Origin: the human T2T-CHM13v2.0 reference genome, Homo sapiens
Assembly: GCF_009914755.1 (NCBI RefSeq)
Contig: NC_060933.1
Length of the DNA stretch: 64,000 nucleotides
Reading direction: 5' to 3' (one strand)
This document shows, in pieces, positions 57,404 through 64,000 of the stretch. The notes under the pieces were generated by a model. That model was not told the origin of the DNA. It searched no databases and saw nothing but the letters and a program-made list of their open reading frames with translations. The position numbers were made by a program, and so were the translations under genes. How positions within the stretch are numbered: the stretch's first letter is position 1; every line of letters begins with the position of its first letter.

Positions 57404-59109
57404 TATATAGACCTGGCATGCAAACACATGATTGTTAAGTATGACAAAAATGCCACTTAAAGTAAGGTCATCAACAGATCTTCTAACATATTTACTACAT
57501 AAGAGAGATGCAATGTGTTTTAATTTCAGCTATTTTGTTTTAAAATTAGTAAAATTACAAAAATCACAAGAACAATTATGACTCAATAAGTTTAAATTTA
57601 AAATATGTTATTAGTATTTTGCAATCTACTTCAGATTCTTAGAACTACAAGCAATACTATCATTTTAACTTTTCTTTCAAATAAACATTTTCTTACTAAT
57701 TATAGCTTCAACACCTACTTAAAGTCTAACTTATTTAGATAATAGAATACTGGGATGACTACAAACAGCTCTTTTTCTGGAGAACTAATTTATAGAGTAC
57801 TAGAGTCAGGGTAGACAAGATGAGTTTTAGACTTAACTTTTGAGGCTCAGATAAAAATGCCCTCATTTTATTTGCTACTCATCTATCGACTCAATAAGTT
57901 ATAATTTAAGCAACAAGTTAACATTTAAATTTATTTTCTGATTCAGAAAAAGAGAGAAAATGTAATCATAGTGTATATAACAAAATCATGAAACCCAATT
58001 AAAATGTCTTAAATCAGAACAGTTAATGCCAGAAACAGAAACAACAAAATAGGTAGGAGAGATTTTCTATAGCATCGTTTTCTTCTTCTACTATGAGTGA
58101 TTTGAGGAATCAAAAGCTTTCATTAATTAATCATCGGTCATCAGTCTTACCGTTCCAAGTTACATAGTGGTGCTCTTCCTCCTCCAAATCTTTGGCTCTC
58201 CAGGCTTACTTAATGTAATAATTAATAATTATGGTGAAACATTTCAAGGATAAATGATCTGGTTTGAATAAAATAGCTTACTGTTTTTTCACTGTAAGAG
58301 CCCTCTAGACATTAGATCTTTATCCTCACCTTGATACATTTTGGAAAAGTTTAAATATTCTTAAGTTTGTATTCCCTGGACTTACAAGGAAAATGAAGAG
58401 TGGTGAAAATCATAATAATTATTTCATGACCTTAAAAGAGTAAGATAAAACTTTATATACAAGCAGAGACCTAAACTGATCATTGAAAGACATCTAGGCA
58501 AATAACTTCTGTAATAGAAGCAGATTTCTAATATGTATGCTACCCTTCATCTTTCAGATTCAAATATGGTGACATTCAGAACCTGTATGTCAGTATTGAG
58601 GCCAGGACCTGAGACTTTTAATTCTGTATCTTACTCTAAAATTTTTACCAAATTTGTAGAGCATATCTCTGATTAATTCACAACAGTGCCCTTTTCTTCA
58701 TTATCTTCTTCACAGCTTGTTGTGTCACTTTGGGTAGATTATAATAAATTGAGGATTTCTTATCACTCGTTTCCAATTTTTAAATGAACAACTGCTCAAA
58801 ATGTACTGTTACTGCTTGTTTTTACTGTTCTTAGAACTATAGATTATGGACATCAATTTTTTGTATTATATTTTAACTTTCTATTTCTATTTACTGTGTT
58901 TCACTTTATTATTTAGCTTTTGAGAGTAACAATGGATGTGTAAGGTATCCTCAGGAAGACTTCACTTAATCACTGAACTCCTCTATTACAGAAGTGTAAT
59001 TATAAAGACTTCCTTTAAGGGAGTGATTAACCCAAGTGAATTTGAATAAAAGATAACTTTCATAGGTCTCCAAATTCTTTCAAGCCTAAGAAGTATAAAA
59101 TTTTAACTT

Positions 59110-59480
59110 CAGAGCTCCTATATTGGCTGTTGTTTCTGCCTCACACCCTGTTTCCCCAGATTTTTCAAATGATTGACTTGTTCTCATTGCCAAATACACC
59201 CTTTTCAGAGTTCAGCTTAAATATCACGTCTGCAGAAAGACTTTTCTTGAATAACCTGTCTAAATGAGTGTGAATATCTTATTTTATTTCATTTTTATAT
59301 GATTTGAAAATGTTTTCGATTCTAATGTTTTTATTATATGTGTTTACATGCTTATTTTCTGACTTCTATTGTTAGAATGCAAATCTCCTTGAAGGCAGTG
59401 TCTTTATGGATTACTACATCCTCAGTACCTAAAACAGGGCCTGGCACAGTCAGTGCTAGAAATGCTTATGAATATGATTG
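59110..59480 (+). mobile_element. L2a 3' end
   Basis: CAGCTTAAATATCAC...TTAGAATGCAAATCTCCTTGAAGGCAG...CAGTACCTAAAACAGGGCCTGGCACAGT. Confidence 0.8.
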
Positions 59481-59489
59481 ATAAAGCAT

Positions 59490-59830
59490 TATACTTGTAT
59501 ACAATTTTTCAGCATGTTTACAGGCTTAATACCTACATTCAAAAATAAGCAAGAATAGCTCTTGCCCTGAGGAGCCATCAGTAAAGTGGAGAGACACATA
59601 TGATCCAATATCAGTGACAGGATACAATAGGGGCTTTTAGAGGCTGTATATACACATTATTTTAGGAGCTTAGTGCAGTAAGTTGCTCCAGTCTAAGAGT
59701 CAAACAGGCTGCACAGGTCACCTTTCACTGAAGTTGATAAGAGAAAAGGAACCCTGGCATCTTCAGGAGACATTTGAAGAAGCATTTCAGGGAGAGGTTA
59801 TAGCAGGGGAAGAAACAAAAAGATAAAATC
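59490..59830 (-). mobile_element. L2 fragment, antisense
   Basis: CTTGCCCTGAGGAGCCATCAGT..AGTGGAGAGAC and AGCATTTCAGGGAGAGG. Confidence 0.6.
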
Positions 59831-60070
59831 ATGGTGACTAGAATTAAAAATATATTGTATTCTTGAAAAATCAGTAGAGAATGGATGTATGTGAAGTGCT
59901 CTCACCACAAAAATTGTAATTATATGAGGTAATGCTTATGTTAGCAAGAATTAGTCATTTCACAATGTATATATGTTTCAAAAGATCTTGTTGAACATGG
60001 GAAATACATATAATTTCCTCTGTCATTTATTAAATAAAAGCAAACAGATTTAAAAAAAAAAAAGAAAAAA
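59831..60070 (+). mobile_element. L1MA4/5-type 3' end with A tail
   Basis: ATGGTGACTA...TATTGTATTCTTGAAAA...CTCACCACAAAAA...TCATTTCACAATGTATA. Confidence 0.8.
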
Positions 60071-61500
60071 GGCAACAGGAATAATTTGGCCCATCCAAAA
60101 ATAGGAAGAAAGACAATTTGGGGCTGGGAGCAATAAACATTTTTTTTTTCAAAAAAAACTATCATGTCGTGTTGAAGATTGCAAAGTATATTTTAAAATA
60201 GACAGCTCTACCAAAAAATCATATTATGCATTTTGCACTGCTCTGGCAAACATTCTACTTTAGGGCTGTAGTGATGGCTTCAAATTGAAATTTATTTCAA
60301 TCATGATGGCAGTGATAAAGTCCACATTTATATTTTTAGGTTTTATCTTCTTATGTTACCTCATTTAATACAACTTAAAATTGTTGATTTTATTTCTCTT
60401 ACAGAGATAAGCAAACAGACTCAATTAGTTTTATGCCCCAAAAGCTTGTATGACATTACATTTTTGACCTTAGGCTATACTCTGCTCTTGCTCTTAAGAT
60501 GACAAATACCAAAACGAGAAGGTACCCCAGTAGATTAGAGCTTCAACTCCTTTATTGTTTCCTAGGGACCAATTTAATTAGCTTTACAAACTACATGTGA
60601 TATATATCAAGATAAAATTGAACTCTCTTTTGTGTAAACATAAGGGATTTCTGCAAGATATAATAATTTAAATTTTATTCTGATTATTTTATGTACTAGA
60701 ACTTAGTGAATGCACTATGTATTTTTTGAATCAAACATTAAAACCATATTCTAAGTAAAATATTTCCATAACTTTTAAAGTAGAAAGCATATCTTTAATT
60801 TTAGGATTTTATACATTTATCCATCAAAAAGTTGGTAATAAATGAGCTAATGTCCAAAACATATATTTAACAAAAGGAAAGTATAGATAACAAATACATT
60901 TTGAAATTATCTTTAAACTATGTAATTTTCCATATTTAAAACAACAGGAATTTACTAAAACCAATAAAATTAGAAATATGTCTGTTCCCAAAGTAATGAT
61001 AAACTGCTTAGTCTACTCTGAAAAATTTTAATTAAGCAAAAACATTTTTGCATTGTATTAATGATTTAGGAAAAACATCAGAGTGACATTTCATTTCCGT
61101 TTCAATTGAAAGATAAACCTTATATTACTTATTTCACAGAACAATTATAAAAGAACTTTTTAAGCTTATTATTGAATGCTAATATGTAACATGTTAAAAC
61201 ATTATTTTGTATTGTTTTATGATTTATGTATCTGAAAAAATGTTCAACTAATGTGAAAGAAATATACAAAGAATCTTTGATGTCCATGGAGAAAAAACAA
61301 AATATTAAGAAATTAATAATTTAACATTAGAAATTGTCTTTTATGAAAAATCTTTTAGAACGTATTGAGAAACGTAGCAAAAAAGTGAGAAAATTTACTC
61401 ATTTTCAAAGTTCCTCTTTTCTGATCTTCATGATTTCTAACAAGCATGTAAATTGCTGAGATTATCATCCTCACAGGAGAAACTCATATTTCTAATTTCA

Positions 61501-61825
<325 letters not shown>

Positions 61826-62398
61826 GCTTCCAATAACTGCCTCTTTGGGTTCTTCAAAATTCTAACTTGTTAAACTTGCGTCTGCAGCAGTTTTATGTAT
61901 TGAATTTACTTTTATTTCTATTGATTTGCCATATATTTTCAGTTTACATTTTTCCATAGAGAACTTAATTCTATTTTCCTAGTAATATAACAACCACCAT
62001 TTTATCAATAACACAGCTACCTACATATAACCTGCTATTGTCAATATTAAAACATGGCATGTTATTTTATTTTAAATTCCCAAATGAATTATGAAGTCAG
62101 TACTGTAGAGCTCAACCTTCACTCTAAGGGAATTTGGTCTGTTAAATTGCCTCTGTTATTATAACATACATTATCTCATATTACTGGAAAATACTGATCT
62201 TATGAATATTTTTCTCTTAATGGTATAGGGCATATGAGAACAAATCTATTCAAAATCTTGAAAGAATTTTAAACTTTAATGTGTTAGAAAGGACTTGCTT
62301 TTAAAATCCTTTTACTTGTTAAATATTGAAATGCAATTATTAAATATATTATTTTAGCAAAGGCCTTTTTTATTTCAATTGGTTGAAGCATATCTTTT

Positions 62399-62695
62399 GT
62401 ATTTATTTATTTGAGACAGTCTTACTCTGTCACTCAGGCTAGAGTGGAGTGGCATGATCATAGCTCTCTACAGCCTGGAACTCCTGGGCTCAACTGATCC
62501 TCCCACTTCAACCTCCCTGAATAGCTAGGATCACAGGTATGTGCCACCACACCCCGTGAATTTTACTGATTTTTAGTAGAGAACAGGTCTTTCTCTGTTG
62601 CCCAGACTGGTCTTGAAGTCCTGAGCTCAAGCAATCCTTCTGCCTCAGCCTCCAAAAGTGCTGGGATTGCAGGTGTGAGCCATCATGCTCGGCTG
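62399..62695 (-). mobile_element. AluJ (Jo/Jr-like)
   Basis: CTCCTGGGCTCAACTGATCCTCCCA. TSD GCATATCTTTT at 62388-62398 and 62696-62706. Confidence 0.92.
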
Positions 62696-62723
62696 GCATA
62701 TCTTTTTTTAGCTTAATTTAAAC

Positions 62724-62923
62724 CAGAAGTGTCCAATCTTTTGACTCCCGGGGCCACAGTGGAAGAAGAAGAATTGTCCTGGGCCACACATAAAATACAC
62801 TAGCACTAACGATAGCTGATAAGCTAAAATGATTGCAAAATAAAACTCAATGTTTTAAGAAAGTTTATGAATCTGTGCTGGACCACATTCAGAACTATCC
62901 TGGGCCACAGGTCCAACAGCTTG
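62724..62923 (+). mobile_element. MER30 (hAT-Charlie)
   Basis: GTGTCCAATCTTTTG...GGAAGAAGAAGAATTGTC.TGGGCCACACATAAAATACAC. 8-bp TSD ATTTA(A/G)AC. Confidence 0.92.
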
Positions 62924-63469
62924 ATTTAGACCCTCTGTGACTACTTACCATCCAGAAAGAGCTGGCAATTACTAATGGGAAGATTGCTCATTGTTATGCA
63001 TAGCATTCCTTAGTGACATTCATTTTGAGAGTATCTCCTCTGCTGTAATCGGGTAGGTCTCTAAAAATACTCTTGCCCACCCAGTGAAAAATTGATTGCC
63101 TTTTCTTTAAGTAATAGACAAGAAATTACTATAGTCTTCCTTTTTTGAAAATAGAAGTCCCAAACTTTATTTCCGGTGGCTAATGCTTCAAGTTGGCCAC
63201 AATGAGATGAGACAAATGATAGGAGTCAGAAATTTGGGAATCAGCCGGAGAAGTACCAAGTTGTACACATAACAGAAAACTGGAACTTTTATATAGAAGA
63301 TTACCTGGGATTTCTGAACTTAAACCCTTGTATTGTCATCTTATTTGTGTAATGTCTCTGGTTAATACTTGATGCAGTCTTTACCCTTTATGTCACAGAA
63401 AGTTTTTTGCCAAAGTTCTAAACTTTTAGTGAAAAAAACACACATTATTAATATTAGACAATATATTAT

Positions 63470-63792
63470 ATTTTTTGTTGAGACAGAGTCTTGCTCTGCC
63501 ACCCCGGCTGGAGTGCAGTGGTGCGATCTCAAGCTCACTGCAACCTCTGCCTCCCAAATTCAAGTGATTCTCCTGCCTCAGCCTCCTAAGTAGCTGGGAT
63601 TAAAGGCATGTGCCACCACACCCTGCTAATTTCTTTCTTTTTTTTTTTTTTTTTTTTTTTTTTTGTATTTTTAGTAGAGCCAGGGCTTCACCATGTTGGC
63701 CAGGCTGGTCTCAAACTCCTGACCTCAAATGATCCACCCACCTTGACCTCCCAAAGTCCTAGGATTACAGGCGTGAACCGCCATGCCCAGCC
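63470..63792 (-). mobile_element. AluSx/Sz with an expanded middle A-rich linker
   Basis: Full dimer with a T-rich run at 63630-63664. Confidence 0.92.
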
Positions 63793-64000
63793 ATTAATTT
63801 TAAATCACGTAATAAATAAAAAATGTTTTTTACTAAATTACACTGAGTGTAGTAAAAACTCAATTGGGCGTGTTAAAAGGAAAGATTTAAGATTTGGAGA
63901 TTTACTTTCTTGTATAATATTTGGCAATAGCTACCAGGTAAGATGGCTGTTTTATAAACTGACCTGGAAAACATTTGTACTCTTCCTTCACGACACAGGA

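Noticed and set aside
58140-58215. Strong minus-strand splice donor (ACG|GTAAGA) suggesting an exon
   Set aside because: No convincing acceptor or coding frame. It cannot be supported without RNA data.

Overview
Human nuclear DNA. A consensus-matching AluYa5 and an L1HS/L1PA2-type 3' end indicate the human lineage. The window is AT-rich and repeat-dense, looks intergenic or deep-intronic, and contains no supportable cellular protein-coding exon or RNA gene. Most of it is nested transposon debris: a full-length L1PB (about 15.0-25.9 kb) inside an L2, a long L1MD (about 32.3-41.9 kb), an internally deleted L1MA (5.2-9.6 kb), THE1A/B/C/D and MER50-type LTRs, two Tigger2a copies, MADE1, MER30 and about 12 Alus. 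The long supplied ORFs trace to L1 ORF2, THE1 internal sequence, Alu, L1 UTR or low-complexity sequence. Two inserts are not transposons. (1) A 210-bp mitochondrial ND5 NUMT at 43086-43295 is still open in the mitochondrial code and replaces part of an L1PB1 3' UTR. (2) An unidentified insert of about 212 bp at 19531-19757 resembles an mRNA 3' end (AATAAA plus poly-A) and lies inside L1PB ORF2. I found no evidence for a new multi-gene system. Subfamily calls come from recalled consensus sequences and need RepeatMasker/Dfam confirmation.
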